Shown: piece by piece, positions 7,821 through 19,071 of the stretch | Position numbering within the stretch: the first letter of the stretch is position 1 | Layout of the letters: the number at the start of each line of letters is the position of its first letter | Source: an uncultured Nitrospiraceae bacterium | Lineage (GTDB): Bacteria > Nitrospirota > Thermodesulfovibrionia > Thermodesulfovibrionales > UBA9159 | DNA: 64,000 nucleotides | Assembly (NCBI GenBank): GCA_964475485.1 | Contig: CAYYWY010000002.1 | Coordinates: 104,257-168,256, forward strand | Direction: 5' to 3' | The notes under the pieces: model-generated | What the model was told of the DNA's origin: nothing | Seen by the model: the letters and a program-made list of their open reading frames with translations, nothing else | The model's database searches: none | Program-made: the position numbers and the translations under genes

Positions 7821-10379
7821 TCACGCCACCCTCATCATTCCGGCAGAGAGCTTGTGTTTCAGGAACTTCCCCGTGTACGAATCAGGATTGAGGGAGACAT
7901 CCTCGGGGCTCCCCGATGCGATCAACCGTCCTCCCCCTTCCCCTCCTTCAGGACCAAGGTCGATGATGTAATCGGAGGACTTGATCACGTCCAGGTTGTG
8001 TTCGATCACGATCACAGTGTTGCCCCTGTCCACGAGACTGTTCAGGACATCGAGGAGCTTCTGGATGTCGACAAAGTGAAGACCTGTAGTGGGTTCATCG
8101 AGTATATAGAGGGTGTTGCCGGTCGACCTCTTAGCGAGTTCCCTCGAAAGACGGAGTCTCTGTGCCTCACCGCCGGAAAGGGTGGGCGCCGGCTGTCCCA
8201 GCTGGAGATATCCGAGTCCCACATCCTCAAGTATCCCGAGTTTTTGCCTAACCACCGGAATGGCTGTGAAAAATTCAAGAGCCTCCGACACGGTCATTGA
8301 GAGTACTTCTGAGATATTCTTTGATTTATACCGTATGTTCAGGGTTTCACTGTTGTACCTCTTTCCTTTGCATATACCGCACTGGACATATGCATCCGGA
8401 AGAAAATGCATCGCGACCTTCAGGATGCCGCCGCCGTGGCACTTCTCGCATCTTCCTCCAGAGACGTTGAAACTGAATCTCGAGGATGTGTATCCTCTCA
8501 CCTTTGATTCCTGGACCTGGGCGAACAGATCCCTGATATGGGTGAAGACCCCTGAATATGTCGCCGGGTTGGACCTCGGCGTCCTTCCGAGCGGTGCCTG
8601 GTCGATGCAGATAATGTTATCTATTTTTTCGATTCCCACGATGGATTCGTGCTTCCCCGGCGTAAGATGACTCTTGTGGATGCTCCGCATAAGCGCCTTA
8701 TAGAGGATCTCGATGATGAGGGTGCTCTTGCCCGAGCCGGAGACGCCAGTGACGCACGTGAAGATCCTGAGTGGAATGCGCACATCAATATCCTTGAGAT
8801 TGAATTCCGCCGCACCCCTGATTTCAAGGAAATCAGCGGGCTTTCTCCTCTTCCGCGGCAGAGGTATTAAGAGTTCCCCTTTGAGATACTTTCCGGTTAT
8901 GGACCTTTCATCGGACTGTATCTGCGCGGGGGTTCCTCCGGCCACAACCCAGCCTCCCCTGGCGCCCGCCCCCGGACCGATATCGATTACATGATCCGCC
9001 CATCGTATGGTTTCCTCGTCATGCTCCACCACGATGACTGTGTTGCCGGCATCCCTGATGGATGAAAGACTCTCGAGGAGCCTTGTACAATCCCTTGGAT
9101 GGAGACCTATGCTCGGTTCGTCAAGGACATATAGCACCCCGGTAAGTGAAGAACCCATCTGGGTTGCAAGGCGTATCCTCTGGGCCTCGCCTCCCGAAAG
9201 GGTGAGGGACATCCTGTCCAGGGTTAGATACCCAAGACCCACCTTCATGAGAAAATTAAGCCTGTCGCTCACTTCCTTCAGTACCCTAAATGCTATTGTC
9301 TTTTCCCTTTCGGTCAGAGCGAGGACATTGATGAATGAAAAGGCCTCCTCAACGGTCAGGCGCGAGAATTCCCCGATATTTCTGCCCTGGATCTTTATGC
9401 TCAAGGCTTCCTTTCTCAGCCTAAGGCCGCCACACTCCTTACATTGCCTCATCTTTGAAGGAAGCACAAGTAACTCTTCGGCATCCATCCCCGCGGCGCT
9501 TGAGACCTCATCGCCTTCTCCTATGCCAAGGATGCCGAGTCCCCGGCAGCGCGGACAGGCGCCGTATGTGCTGTTGAATGAGAAAAGCCGGGGGTTCACC
9601 TCCGGGAAGCTTGCGCCGCAGTTCTGGCAGGCCATCGCCTTGCTGAATGGAATGTCCCTGTCTTCGGACACCAGATTGATTACAACGGTATCAGAATATC
9701 TCAGGGCGAGGTCGATGGCTTCCCTTATCTTCTTCTCTATGCCGTGCTTGATAATGAGCCTGTCGATAACGACCTCTATGGTATGCCTTTTCTGTTTCTT
9801 GAGGCTGAGTTCCTCGGTAAGGTCCGCTATTACGCCGTCTATCCTCGCCCTCACGAAGCCCTCATTCCTCATCTCGGCAAGCTCTTTCTTGTACTCTCCC
9901 TTTCTGTCCCGTACGATAGGTGCGAGGACCTGGAGCCTCGTACCGGGCGGCATGGACATCACGGAGTCGAGGATGCTCCCGATGTCTCTTGTCGAAATTG
10001 TGCCTCCGCAGTTGTAACAGAATGGTCTGCCGATTCGGGTATAGAGAACGCGCATGTAGTCATATATTTCTGTTATGGTTCCGAGGGTGGAGCGCGGGCT
10101 CCTTGTGACGGTCTTCTGATTGATGGCGATTGAAGGAGAAAGGCCCTCGATAGAATCAACATCGGGCTTCTGGAGCTGCTCAAGGAACTGGCGTGCGTAT
10201 GCTGAGAGGCTCTCCACATACCGTCTCTGTCCTTCAGCGTAAATGGTGTCTATGGCGAGGGAGGATTTGCCTGAGCCTGAAGGACCTGTGATGACTGTCA
10301 TCTTTTCCCTGGGGATTGACACGTCGATGTTTTTGAGATTGTGCTCTCGTGCGCCCTTTATGACAATAAAGTTTTGCAT
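7821..10379 (-). CDS. uvrA: Excinuclease ABC subunit A (UvrA), short form lacking the insertion domain
   Basis: [59 protein letters not shown]. Two ABC modules (GPSGSGKSS / GVSGSGKST; LSGGEAQR twice) and zinc modules are present. Start at 10379 (852 codons). Only about 35 residues separate CPRCRGLG from CKECGG. Confidence 0.9.
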   Translation of the reverse strand: MQNFIVIKGAREHNLKNIDVSIPREKMTVITGPSGSGKSSLAIDTIYAEGQRRYVESLSAYARQFLEQLQKPDVDSIEGLSPSIAINQKTVTRSPRSTLGTITEIYDYMRVLYTRIGRPFCYNCGGTISTRDIGSILDSVMSMPPGTRLQVLAPIVRDRKGEYKKELAEMRNEGFVRARIDGVIADLTEELSLKKQKRHTIEVVIDRLIIKHGIEKKIREAIDLALRYSDTVVINLVSEDRDIPFSKAMACQNCGASFPEVNPRLFSFNSTYGACPRCRGLGILGIGEGDEVSSAAGMDAEELLVLPSKMRQCKECGGLRLRKEALSIKIQGRNIGEFSRLTVEEAFSFINVLALTEREKTIAFRVLKEVSDRLNFLMKVGLGYLTLDRMSLTLSGGEAQRIRLATQMGSSLTGVLYVLDEPSIGLHPRDCTRLLESLSSIRDAGNTVIVVEHDEETIRWADHVIDIGPGAGARGGWVVAGGTPAQIQSDERSITGKYLKGELLIPLPRKRRKPADFLEIRGAAEFNLKDIDVRIPLRIFTCVTGVSGSGKSTLIIEILYKALMRSIHKSHLTPGKHESIVGIEKIDNIICIDQAPLGRTPRSNPATYSGVFTHIRDLFAQVQESKVRGYTSSRFSFNVSGGRCEKCHGGGILKVAMHFLPDAYVQCGICKGKRYNSETLNIRYKSKNISEVLSMTVSEALEFFTAIPVVRQKLGILEDVGLGYLQLGQPAPTLSGGEAQRLRLSRELAKRSTGNTLYILDEPTTGLHFVDIQKLLDVLNSLVDRGNTVIVIEHNLDVIKSSDYIIDLGPEGGEGGGRLIASGSPEDVSLNPDSYTGKFLKHKLSAGMMRVA

Positions 10380-10484
10380 GACGGCAATTCTTACTATAAC
10401 GTAAAAATGGAATGCTTTCAACGTGGTGCATGGGCGGTTTGCCGCACCAATGCCGCACTTTGGCTAGCCCATTTCAGCCAGATA

Positions 10485-10521
10485 TGACACATCTGTCACG
10501 AAAAACCTGACAGGATTGTCA
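10485..10521. promoter_or_regulatory. Two copies of a 14-bp palindrome TGACA-N4-TGTCA (candidate enhancer-binding-protein UAS)
   Basis: tgacaCATCtgtca at 10485-10498 and tgacaGGATtgtca at 10508-10521. Starts are 23 bp apart, and the sites lie about 45-80 bp upstream of the -24 element at 10563. Confidence 0.5.
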
Positions 10522-10562
10522 CGGCCTTTCGTAAATGATGAGATATTGAATGATTTCTGCAT

Positions 10563-10578
10563 TGGCATAAGGATTGCT
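10563..10578 (+). promoter_or_regulatory. Sigma54 (-24/-12) promoter candidate
   Basis: TGGCATaaggaTTGCT: GG and GC separated by 10 nt, close to the consensus TGGCAC-N5-TTGCW. About 225 nt upstream of ATG 10805. Confidence 0.6.
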
Positions 10579-10804
10579 TTTATGAAGTCCCGATTAGGAC
10601 TTGCTCATTAAGAAATCGCAATGTTGTAAGACAAATTCCTACAACCTTGTAGGATAAATTCAATTGACAATTGTCTGCATCGGTCTAATGCTTATAGTGT
10701 ATGGGAGAGATGAAAGCTGTGTTCGGGTGATGCCTTAGAACCGAGGACAAGGCCTTTTTGAAAGACAGGTTTTTCAGGGAAGGAAACAGGAAAAAGGAGG
10801 TTTC

Positions 10805-13800
10805 ATGAGAAACAGGCGAATCAGTTATTTCAGGGGACCGGCGATAATGTTTCTGGTTGCGGCAGCGTTTTTTGGCTGCCTCTTTTTTCAGACCGGCGTC
10901 CAGGCTTTTACCCTAAATGTAATTGACGGAAACGGCAACCCCATTGTCGGTGGTTTCAGATGGCTCCTTGAAGAAGACAACACCAATCAGTCTCCTCCAG
11001 GCGTACGGGTGAACAACAGCATAGGCGTCGATATACACAAGAGCCATGCACCTCTTGTTTCCAAAGGAAATGCCGCCGGGGATTATGTGATTATCAACTC
11101 AGACATCAACGGCTCTCCCCTTGATCCCGGAAAAAAATATTATGTCTCAGTTGTTCCCGACTCAGGATACACGATGAGCGGCGCGATGGTCGCTCCTGGC
11201 CAGGCAGCGGTGACGGTCAAAGTGCACAGCCTTCCCATACCTACAGCACAGATATCCGTTCTTGTCTTTGAAGATCATAACACCATTAATAACGTCTATG
11301 ACCCCGGCGAGCGTGGACTTGAAGGGTTCACGATACTCATCTCCGACCTTGCGGGGCCTGTTTCCCAGGACGCATTCGGGAACCCGCTCGGAACCGAGTA
11401 CGATGCAGGCGGCAATCCCATCCCGGGATCGGGCAACGGAGTGATCATGACGTGCACTGCCGCCGAGGTGGCAGGAGGATTGAGGGGATGTACCACCGTC
11501 GGTGAGGTGGTGATCAAGAACCTGCCGCCTGGGAAATACGGAGTCAGGGCGGTGCCACCTGCGGGTTCGAACTGGATCCAGACCTCCACTATCGAAGGAA
11601 CGCTTACGGTGGACGCATGGGTGAAAGCAAATGAACCGAGGAAGTTTTTTGAAGGTTTCGGCACAGGGTTCTATCATGTATTCCTCGGCTTTGTGGAACC
11701 GGGGAGCTTGCCTTGGGCGACTAATCCTCCCGGCGGGTCGGGTACTATTCAGGGCAGGAATGTCTTCAATCACTTCTCCCGCCCACCCACTCTTCAGGGG
11801 TTCTTCCCCGGACCCCCCGTGGAAGGCTGCTGGGTCGGCCTGAACGACCTCGTGACCAAGAGAGGTCTCATCGCCGTTCCCTGCGATGGAAACAGCAATT
11901 TCACAATTGCCGGAGTGCCTCCCGGAACATATCAGCTCGTGACATGGGACAAGAACCTCGACGCCCTGTTCGGGTTCAATCTTGTGACCGTCCCGGCCGG
12001 AGGCGGAATTGTGAATCTTGGTAATGTGCTTTCCTACAGGTGGTTCGGTACTTTGATGGGGACAGTGTTTTATGATGCCAACCAGAACGGGTTCCGCGAG
12101 CCCACAGAAACCGGGCTGCCGGATCAGGTGCTTAACATTCGTTTCCGCGACGGCTCGATGTACCAAACGACAACCACCGATATGATGGGGGAATACGCCT
12201 TTACAGAGGTCTTTCCTTTTTTCAAGTGGCTCATAGCTGAGGTGGATTTCGCCCGATATAAGGCAACAGGCATGACAACTGCCGTGGATTACGGCGGCGC
12301 GATCCCTCTTGCAAGCGGCTGGACCGTGCCTTCCTTTGATATGCTTAACCCTCAGCCGCAGGCGAGAGTTAACCCGAATACCGGCAACAACCTTTCAAGG
12401 ACAGAGAAGGGGCCTGTTCTTACTCAGGCCATGCACCTCTTTCTCAATCAGACTAACATAATCGATTGGGGTAAAGCTGACTATAGCCTCGGCCAGAACG
12501 GAGGTATTACAGGCGTTGTATATTATTCCACAACGAGAGCTGAGAACGATCCGCGATACGGAGCACCGGAACCATGGGAGCCGGGAATCCCGAGGGTTCA
12601 GGTCAATCTGTACAAAGATACGGACGCGGATGGCCTCATTGACGATATAAATGGGGTACCTGGAATCCAGCTGGCCGATGTCGATAACTTTCCCCTGGAT
12701 AATTTTCCGGGGCCTGAAGACATCGACAGGAACGGCAACGGGATATTCGATTTAGGCGACGCGATAGATGTTACCCACACAGACAGCTGGGACGACAATA
12801 CTCCGACAGGATGCATCCAGAATCTCCCGGTAATCAACGGCAAGCCCGTGAGGGAATGCTTCGACAACTTCGGCACATGGAACCAGGTGCGTCCGGGCGT
12901 GTTCGACGGCGGGTACGCTTTTCCTACCAGCACGACCATAGTTCTTTCACAGGGCACATATATCGTGGAGACTGTTCCGCCTCCTGGGTATGAGATCGTG
13001 AAGGAGGAGGACAAGAACGTTGATTTCGGTGAGGATTATATTCCCCAGTTGCTTCCTCCTGCCTGTGTCGGGGACGACCATGTAGTGCCCCCCGAACTAG
13101 CCCTCTTCCCGGGTGTGCCGGGTGCTTTTGCGGGCCAGACCAGGCCCCTTTGCGATAAGAAACAGGTTCTTGTGACGCAGAGCAGAAACGCTGCTGCCGA
13201 CTTCTTCCTTTTCACAGAGGTACCGAAGGCGGCGCGTGCAGTGGGTTTCGTCAACAACGACCTCGCGGCCGAGTTCGACAAGAACAGCCCTATTTATGGA
13301 GAGAAATCTGCCCCTGCCTGGATACCCATATCGATTCAGGACTGGACAGGACATGAAGTTGCAAGGGTGTACGCAGACGAGTGGGGTTCCTATAACGCCA
13401 TGATACCTTCCACCTATACCATGAATGTCCCGGCTCCTTCAGGCGTTTCTCCGAATATGCTGACACTTGTGCTGAATCATCCTATCCGTCCTGACGGCTC
13501 TATTGATCCCTTCTATGACCCGAACTACGCCACATCACCTTGGACGTTCCAATTCATGCCTGCGACCACGAGCTATCTCGACACGCCGAATGTCCCTCTT
13601 GCCGCATTCGTCGGCTATCCCAGAGGACAGGTTGATATGGAGCCCGCGGACAAAACGCCGGTAATATCGAAGGTGAGCGGGCCTGAAGGAGGACCTCTCG
13701 TATGCAACACGGGAGGCTCCCTTACCATTAGCTCTTCAGGTTCTGTGCAGGTGCCCAACCCTGACTATAATCCTTCGGTTCCGGGAAGTACCGCTCTTAT

Positions 13801-16423
13801 TACGCGGGATTACGGATTCGGAGCAACGCAGGGAAGTGTGAAGGTGGGCAATACGAGCCTCGCAATTACAAGCTGGAGCAACACGGTCATCTCTGCCACG
13901 GTACCGGCAGGAACGCCCACCGGACAGCTTGCAGTCACAAGGGCTGACAATAGCAGGTCTTCTGAAATAGGAGTGACCGTCCATGTCGTTGACTGCGCGA
14001 CTGTGACAAGACATCACGTTTCGCCAGGACAGTCGATTCAAGCGGCTATCGATGCGGCTTCCCCCGGAGATATCATCCTTGTTAATCCGGGAACATACCA
14101 TGAGAACGTCATCCTTTATAAGAACGTTGTTCTGCAGGGCTCGGGAGCAGGCGCATCCATGGGGGATTTGAATGCGACGATTATCTATGCAAATCCAAGC
14201 CCTGCTGACAGTCTTGCGGCATGGCACAATAAGGTTAGTCTGATAAGGGGCAATGACCCGTTCATTGCGAATGAAGCACCCGGAATAATGGTCTTCGGTG
14301 ACATAGCAGGCTCAGGCTTCTCCCTCACACCGGCGACTACTCCCCGTATCGACGGTTTCCAGATATTCGGGGCCATTCAGGGAGGCGGTATCTACCTTTA
14401 CAATCAGGCCCATCAGATGGTGATCAGCAATAACAGGATAAGAGGCAATCAGGGAAGCTACGGCGGCGGTATCACCGTTGGGGTGCCTGATGCCGGGACC
14501 GGGGCGTTCAGTAACTCTAATGTTACTGTCCAGTTCAACAGGATTACCGGCAATGGGGGAGTTTTCGGTGCAGGCGGAGTGGAGCTTGCCGCCGGTTCCG
14601 ACAATTATATTGTTCAGAACAACATAATCACCGGCAATCTGTCCCGCTGGAACGGCGGGGGCATAGCCCATTATGGGTTGAGCGACAATGGGCTTATTGC
14701 TAAGAACAAGATCACTTTTAACGAAGTGTTCTTCGGTGTGGCGGTCGGCGGCGAAGGAGGGGGTATCTTCATAAGCGGCGAGATCGCCAACGGAAATCTG
14801 CCTGGCGCTCTTGGGGACGGGGCCGGCAATGTGACGATCAACGGAAACCTGATCCAGGGCAATCTTGCAGGTGCAGGAAGCGGCGGAGGAATCAGGGCGC
14901 TCTGGTTCAATGGCGCCGATGTCCCCGACCCAATGCCGGACTACGCCCTTAACATCTTTAACAACGTGATGGCGAATAATGTAGCCGGATTTGCAGGCGG
15001 AGGCATTGCGCTGCAGGACGTGGCGGCGGCCAATATCATCAACAATACCATCGCATACAACGACAGCACGGCCACAACAGCGAACGCCTTTGCTCCCGGC
15101 AGCCTGAGTTCAACGCCCCAGGGAGCGGGCATTGTCTCGAATGTTCATTCAGCAGAACTTGCGGCAGCCACCGGCCAGACATTTTCCAATCCCCTTCTTG
15201 CAAACAATATCATCTGGCGCAACCGTTCATTCTATAACAATCATACCCTCAACGCGGGCGCAGGGGGGCTGGCTCCCAACCCGGCCGGTCCCTATTGGGA
15301 CCTTCAGGTTTCAGGGACTGCCGGAACCATGAATCCAATGTATTGCCTCCTTACGAGTACGACCGGCTATGATCCTTCCAACGTCTCCGGGGATCCGATG
15401 TTCGTCCTTGGATACACAAATTCACTTGCATCGTCAACGGTCCTGGATGAAGCCGGTAACGCGATCACGGTGCGGTACACGCCCCTGAGGGAAAACGCAG
15501 GAAACTACCACATCCTCGGAACATCGCCGGCTGTTGACAAGGGAGCCAATACCTATCTCGCATCTTTCCCTGTGCTGAACAGTGACTATGACGGAGACGT
15601 GAGGCCGAGTCCCGGAACGGGGATTTCAGACATAGGAGCAGACGAAATCAGCAAGACCACGGGTCTCCTTACAATCCAGAAAACAGGCACGGGAACGGGC
15701 ACGGTGACGAGCGGCGACGGTCTCATCAACTGCGGGGCCAGCTGCTCGGCGAATTATCCCCTGGGGACAGTGGTGACCCTCAATGCGCTACCCACTACGG
15801 GATCTGTTTTCGCAGGGTGGTCGGGCGCCTGTACGGGCACGAATCCGACATGCCAGGTCACAATGAATGCCGACAAGACGGCAACGGCAATGTTTAACGT
15901 AGCACCGGCGTGTACTTATTCCATTACCCCGACTTCCCAGAACTTCGGCTCCGGAGGAGGCACCGGTAATGTGAATGTGACAGCCACTGCCGGATGCAAC
16001 TGGACCGCTGTAAGCAACGCGGCGTGGATCACGGTCACCGGAGGTGCAAGCGGGACGGGCAACGGTGTTGTCACTTACTCCGTGGCTGCGAATACAGGCG
16101 GCGCAAGGACGGGGACGGTCACGATCGCAGGCCAGAATTTCACTGTGTCGCAGGCAGGAGCAGGCGTTACCTGTACATACTCGATCACCCCGACGTCCCA
16201 GGTGTTCCGTTCAGGCGGAGGCACCGGCAGCGTAAGCGTGATAACCACGTCAGGGTGCGAGTGGACGGCAAACAGCAACGCCGGATGGATCAAGCTCACC
16301 GGAGCAAGCAATGGAAAGGGCAGTGCGACGGTGACCTACTCGGTATCGGCGAATATCACCGGTATGACGAGGACAGGAACGATAACTATCGCGGGAAAGA
16401 CGTTCACTGTTACCCAGTATTAG
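10805..16423 (+). CDS. Giant (1872 aa) secreted multidomain protein: Ig-like/SdrD-B-like repeats, IPT/TIG, right-handed beta-helix, InlB B-repeat, 2x BACON-like
   Basis: Signal peptide [34 protein letters not shown]. SdrD-B-like segment [48 protein letters not shown]-like [12 protein letters not shown]...[18 protein letters not shown]. PbH1 repeats [46 protein letters not shown]. InlB B-repeat [25 protein letters not shown]. Two modules of [10 protein letters not shown]...GCxWTA.SNAxWI...VTYSV.AN...RTGT.TIAG..FTV.Q. Confidence 0.85.
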   Translation: MRNRRISYFRGPAIMFLVAAAFFGCLFFQTGVQAFTLNVIDGNGNPIVGGFRWLLEEDNTNQSPPGVRVNNSIGVDIHKSHAPLVSKGNAAGDYVIINSDINGSPLDPGKKYYVSVVPDSGYTMSGAMVAPGQAAVTVKVHSLPIPTAQISVLVFEDHNTINNVYDPGERGLEGFTILISDLAGPVSQDAFGNPLGTEYDAGGNPIPGSGNGVIMTCTAAEVAGGLRGCTTVGEVVIKNLPPGKYGVRAVPPAGSNWIQTSTIEGTLTVDAWVKANEPRKFFEGFGTGFYHVFLGFVEPGSLPWATNPPGGSGTIQGRNVFNHFSRPPTLQGFFPGPPVEGCWVGLNDLVTKRGLIAVPCDGNSNFTIAGVPPGTYQLVTWDKNLDALFGFNLVTVPAGGGIVNLGNVLSYRWFGTLMGTVFYDANQNGFREPTETGLPDQVLNIRFRDGSMYQTTTTDMMGEYAFTEVFPFFKWLIAEVDFARYKATGMTTAVDYGGAIPLASGWTVPSFDMLNPQPQARVNPNTGNNLSRTEKGPVLTQAMHLFLNQTNIIDWGKADYSLGQNGGITGVVYYSTTRAENDPRYGAPEPWEPGIPRVQVNLYKDTDADGLIDDINGVPGIQLADVDNFPLDNFPGPEDIDRNGNGIFDLGDAIDVTHTDSWDDNTPTGCIQNLPVINGKPVRECFDNFGTWNQVRPGVFDGGYAFPTSTTIVLSQGTYIVETVPPPGYEIVKEEDKNVDFGEDYIPQLLPPACVGDDHVVPPELALFPGVPGAFAGQTRPLCDKKQVLVTQSRNAAADFFLFTEVPKAARAVGFVNNDLAAEFDKNSPIYGEKSAPAWIPISIQDWTGHEVARVYADEWGSYNAMIPSTYTMNVPAPSGVSPNMLTLVLNHPIRPDGSIDPFYDPNYATSPWTFQFMPATTSYLDTPNVPLAAFVGYPRGQVDMEPADKTPVISKVSGPEGGPLVCNTGGSLTISSSGSVQVPNPDYNPSVPGSTALITRDYGFGATQGSVKVGNTSLAITSWSNTVISATVPAGTPTGQLAVTRADNSRSSEIGVTVHVVDCATVTRHHVSPGQSIQAAIDAASPGDIILVNPGTYHENVILYKNVVLQGSGAGASMGDLNATIIYANPSPADSLAAWHNKVSLIRGNDPFIANEAPGIMVFGDIAGSGFSLTPATTPRIDGFQIFGAIQGGGIYLYNQAHQMVISNNRIRGNQGSYGGGITVGVPDAGTGAFSNSNVTVQFNRITGNGGVFGAGGVELAAGSDNYIVQNNIITGNLSRWNGGGIAHYGLSDNGLIAKNKITFNEVFFGVAVGGEGGGIFISGEIANGNLPGALGDGAGNVTINGNLIQGNLAGAGSGGGIRALWFNGADVPDPMPDYALNIFNNVMANNVAGFAGGGIALQDVAAANIINNTIAYNDSTATTANAFAPGSLSSTPQGAGIVSNVHSAELAAATGQTFSNPLLANNIIWRNRSFYNNHTLNAGAGGLAPNPAGPYWDLQVSGTAGTMNPMYCLLTSTTGYDPSNVSGDPMFVLGYTNSLASSTVLDEAGNAITVRYTPLRENAGNYHILGTSPAVDKGANTYLASFPVLNSDYDGDVRPSPGTGISDIGADEISKTTGLLTIQKTGTGTGTVTSGDGLINCGASCSANYPLGTVVTLNALPTTGSVFAGWSGACTGTNPTCQVTMNADKTATAMFNVAPACTYSITPTSQNFGSGGGTGNVNVTATAGCNWTAVSNAAWITVTGGASGTGNGVVTYSVAANTGGARTGTVTIAGQNFTVSQAGAGVTCTYSITPTSQVFRSGGGTGSVSVITTSGCEWTANSNAGWIKLTGASNGKGSATVTYSVSANITGMTRTGTITIAGKTFTVTQY

Positions 16424-16505
16424 GATGGCTATGTTTCAGACACTATTCTTAAAGGATGCTTCCCCCGGTTCGACCGGAGGCGCGGGCCTGAAAAGGAGTG
16501 ATGAT

Positions 16506-17729
16506 ATGAGACTGAATTGTCGTTACGTGCAATACCTCTTTGCATTGCTTTTTGTGGCAGTGTTGATGATGCCGGCGGAAGGCGCGGTAAATATTCAGTG
16601 TCCCTGTCCCCCCGGCACCCCTGTTCAGCCCCCACCACCCGTGGGATCAGGGAATATTGAATGCACCATCGGCTTGAGGAATATCGCCTGCAAACATCTC
16701 ACCGCGGGGGATGGTTTTGTAAAGATGGCGGACGGCAGCGATATCTATATCTTCGGGTTCTCCGACGTCACGGGGCTTCAGGCGGACCAGGTTATGAACG
16801 CCGGGATGCTGGCGGCGAATTTCTCCGCGCCTACAATCATCGTGAGGGAAGGGCAGGAACTGTATCTGACCCTCACCAATGTGGGCATGGTGATGAGGCC
16901 GGACCTCTTTGACCCTCATACTGTCCATTATCACGGATTCCCTAATGCCTCTTCGGTATTTGACGGCGAGCCTATGGCGTCAATATCAGTCAATATGGGG
17001 GCGAGCCTCACTTATTATTACAACATTGTCGAGCCGGGTACGTATATGTATCACTGTCATGTCGAGGCCACGGAGCATATGCAGATGGGCATGCTCGGCA
17101 ATCTCTTTGTGACACCCGCACAGGACGGGACTACCATCAACGGTTTTTCGAAGTTCGCCTATAATGATACGGACGGCTCCACAGGGTATGATGTTGCATA
17201 CCCCGTTCAGATCGTAGCCTTCGATCCCATATTCCATGAGGCGGACCTTATCATTCAGCCTTTGCCTTTTGCTTCAATGTTCGATTCCTACGGGATGCTG
17301 AACGGAAGGGGATATCCGGACACAATAAACACCTCGGTGATCTTCAACAAAGACGGGATGCCTTCTCAGCAGATGAACGCGTTGATTACAGCAACCAAAG
17401 GTCAGAAAATACTCCTTCGGGTCTCCAGCCTCTCCACAGTCGATTTCAATACGTTGATATCTCCCTCTATCCCGATGAAAGTGGTGGGAAGAGGTGCGAG
17501 AATAGCCAGGGGCCCGGACCCCGACGGCGCCGGGCCGCTTCAGGGAAAGAACCTCTACTACACCACGAACTCCCTTACCCTCGGAGGCGGGGAGTCGTTT
17601 GACGTAATCCTTGATACATCCGCTGTTCCCGCAGGAACATACTTCCTGTACTCTTCAAATCTTCACAACCTTAGCAACGACAGCGAGGATTTTGGAGGGA
17701 TGATGACTGAAATCGTTGTGAACCCGTGA
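16506..17729 (+). CDS. Two-cupredoxin-domain multicopper-oxidase subunit A (domain 1 carries T1 site plus four T2/T3 His; domain 2 ligand-free)
   Basis: ATG 16506 after AAAGGAG; signal peptide MRLNCRYVQYLFALLFVAVLMMPAEGA. DPHTVHYHGF (HxxHxH) and GTYMYHCHVEATEHMQMGMLGNLFV (HCH..H....M). No HxH motif in the C-terminal half. Confidence 0.85.
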   Translation: MRLNCRYVQYLFALLFVAVLMMPAEGAVNIQCPCPPGTPVQPPPPVGSGNIECTIGLRNIACKHLTAGDGFVKMADGSDIYIFGFSDVTGLQADQVMNAGMLAANFSAPTIIVREGQELYLTLTNVGMVMRPDLFDPHTVHYHGFPNASSVFDGEPMASISVNMGASLTYYYNIVEPGTYMYHCHVEATEHMQMGMLGNLFVTPAQDGTTINGFSKFAYNDTDGSTGYDVAYPVQIVAFDPIFHEADLIIQPLPFASMFDSYGMLNGRGYPDTINTSVIFNKDGMPSQQMNALITATKGQKILLRVSSLSTVDFNTLISPSIPMKVVGRGARIARGPDPDGAGPLQGKNLYYTTNSLTLGGGESFDVILDTSAVPAGTYFLYSSNLHNLSNDSEDFGGMMTEIVVNP

Positions 17730-17753
17730 GTGAGAATGATCAGGAGGAAAGAT

Positions 17754-19058
17754 ATGAATAATCAAGCTCAAAAGCACAAGAGGATGCTCATTATGCTAAT
17801 GGCTGCGCTCCTGGTCGCTATTCCCGCGACCGGGGTGGCTGTTATTGATGGCATCAGCGGAACAACATTCAGCCTGACGGCAAAGGATGGTTATATCAAC
17901 ACAGGGGACGGAGATTCGGTTTACATGTGGGGATATGCCGACGGGGCAGGTCCAATGCAGTATCCCGGACCAACCCTGATCCTCAACCAGGGAAGTGTTG
18001 TTACGGTGACCCTGACTAACCAGCTGGCCGTTCCTGTTTCGATTGTTTTTCCCGGGCAGGATGTCACTGCCACGGGAGGGATGCCGGGGTTGATCACCCG
18101 GGAAGCGCCTCCCGGCGGTAGCGTCACTTATACGTTCACAGTCTCACAGCCTGGGACGTACATGTATCACAGCGGAACGCGTCCTGACCTTCAGGTCGAG
18201 ATGGGGCTAATAGGTGCGATAGTCGTTAGACCGGCACCAGGGCCAAATTGTCCAGCTCCGGCCCCGGACCCTTCGAAGCCGAGCAGGGGATACGCCTATT
18301 GCAGTCCTGATGCCTACTTCGACAGGGAATACCTCTTTCTCCTTTCCGATATGGACCCGTCGATCCATCAGCTTGTGGAGACGGGTAAAATGGAGAACGT
18401 AGACAATACGATGCGCTATCCGGTTTTATGGTTCATCAACGGGAGAAATCTTCCCGACACGCTGGCACCTGCCTTTGCATCCTGGCTTCCGAACCAGCCG
18501 TATAACATCTTTCCTCAGATGCATCCGTTTGAGAAGGTGCTGATGAGGATCATCGGCGGCGGAAGAGATCCACATCCATTTCACACTCATGGCGCAAACC
18601 ACCTCATCATCGCGCGCGACGGCAGGCTTCTGAAAACCACGGCGGCCACTTTACCGGACCTGGCCGAGTCCGATTTCACTACAACCTCCGTTCCCGGAGA
18701 GACAGTCGATGCTATTTACGTATGGACCGGCGAGAAGCTGGGCTGGGACATTTACGGCCATACTGATCCCACGTCTCCTTGCGATCCGACAGTGGAGTAC
18801 TGTCCTGACCACGGCAAGCCTTTTCCCGTAGTCCTCCCCAATCAGCTGGACCTGACCAATGGGATGTTCTGGAGCGGGAGTCCTTTCCTCGGAATTGAAG
18901 GTACTCTTCCTCCCGGTGAAGGCGGCTTTAATCCCTATGCCGGAATATTTATGATGTGGCACTCCCACAATGAAAAAGAATTGACGAATAACAATATTTT
19001 CGTCGGTGGCATGGCAACAATGGCGGTAATCCAGCCACCCGCCGCGCCGATCCCGTAA
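17754..19058 (+). CDS. Two-cupredoxin-domain multicopper-oxidase subunit B (domain 1 ligand-free; last domain has two HxH motifs, no T1 Cys)
   Basis: ATG 17754 after AGGAGGA; signal peptide. Domain 1 has VSIVFPGQ and GTYMYHSGTRP where MCOs have HWHG and WYHSH. The C-terminal domain has RDPHPFHTHGANH and IFMMWHSHNEKEL (HSH instead of HCH). Confidence 0.85.
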   Translation: MNNQAQKHKRMLIMLMAALLVAIPATGVAVIDGISGTTFSLTAKDGYINTGDGDSVYMWGYADGAGPMQYPGPTLILNQGSVVTVTLTNQLAVPVSIVFPGQDVTATGGMPGLITREAPPGGSVTYTFTVSQPGTYMYHSGTRPDLQVEMGLIGAIVVRPAPGPNCPAPAPDPSKPSRGYAYCSPDAYFDREYLFLLSDMDPSIHQLVETGKMENVDNTMRYPVLWFINGRNLPDTLAPAFASWLPNQPYNIFPQMHPFEKVLMRIIGGGRDPHPFHTHGANHLIIARDGRLLKTTAATLPDLAESDFTTTSVPGETVDAIYVWTGEKLGWDIYGHTDPTSPCDPTVEYCPDHGKPFPVVLPNQLDLTNGMFWSGSPFLGIEGTLPPGEGGFNPYAGIFMMWHSHNEKELTNNNIFVGGMATMAVIQPPAAPIP

Positions 19059-19071
19059 TGAGGAGGATGAA

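Noticed and set aside
10664-10700. A sigma70 promoter at TTGACA (about 10666) upstream of the giant ORF.
   Set aside because: No acceptable -10 hexamer lies at 16-18 nt (TATAGT lies 23 nt away). The sigma54 element with paired palindromes upstream is the better-supported promoter.
10805-10900. A twin-arginine (Tat) signal on the giant protein (MRNRRISYF), and the expectation that the MCO subunits would be Tat substrates.
   Set aside because: RRISYF only loosely fits S/T-R-R-x-F-L-K. The three cupredoxin proteins have no RR motif at all, so no export-pathway claim is made.
11162-12166. Long antisense ORFs inside large genes. Examples: 11162-12166(-) in the giant ORF, 9007-10017(+) in uvrA, 39186-39935(-) over terC, 50351-50944(-) in the ThrC-like gene, 51000-51737(-), 55985-56893(-) in lysC, 22753-24375(+) in mutS2.
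   Set aside because: They are shadow frames of genes with strong family motifs on the opposite strand. Their products are low-complexity (Ser/Pro/Arg-rich) with no recognisable motifs and no RBS.
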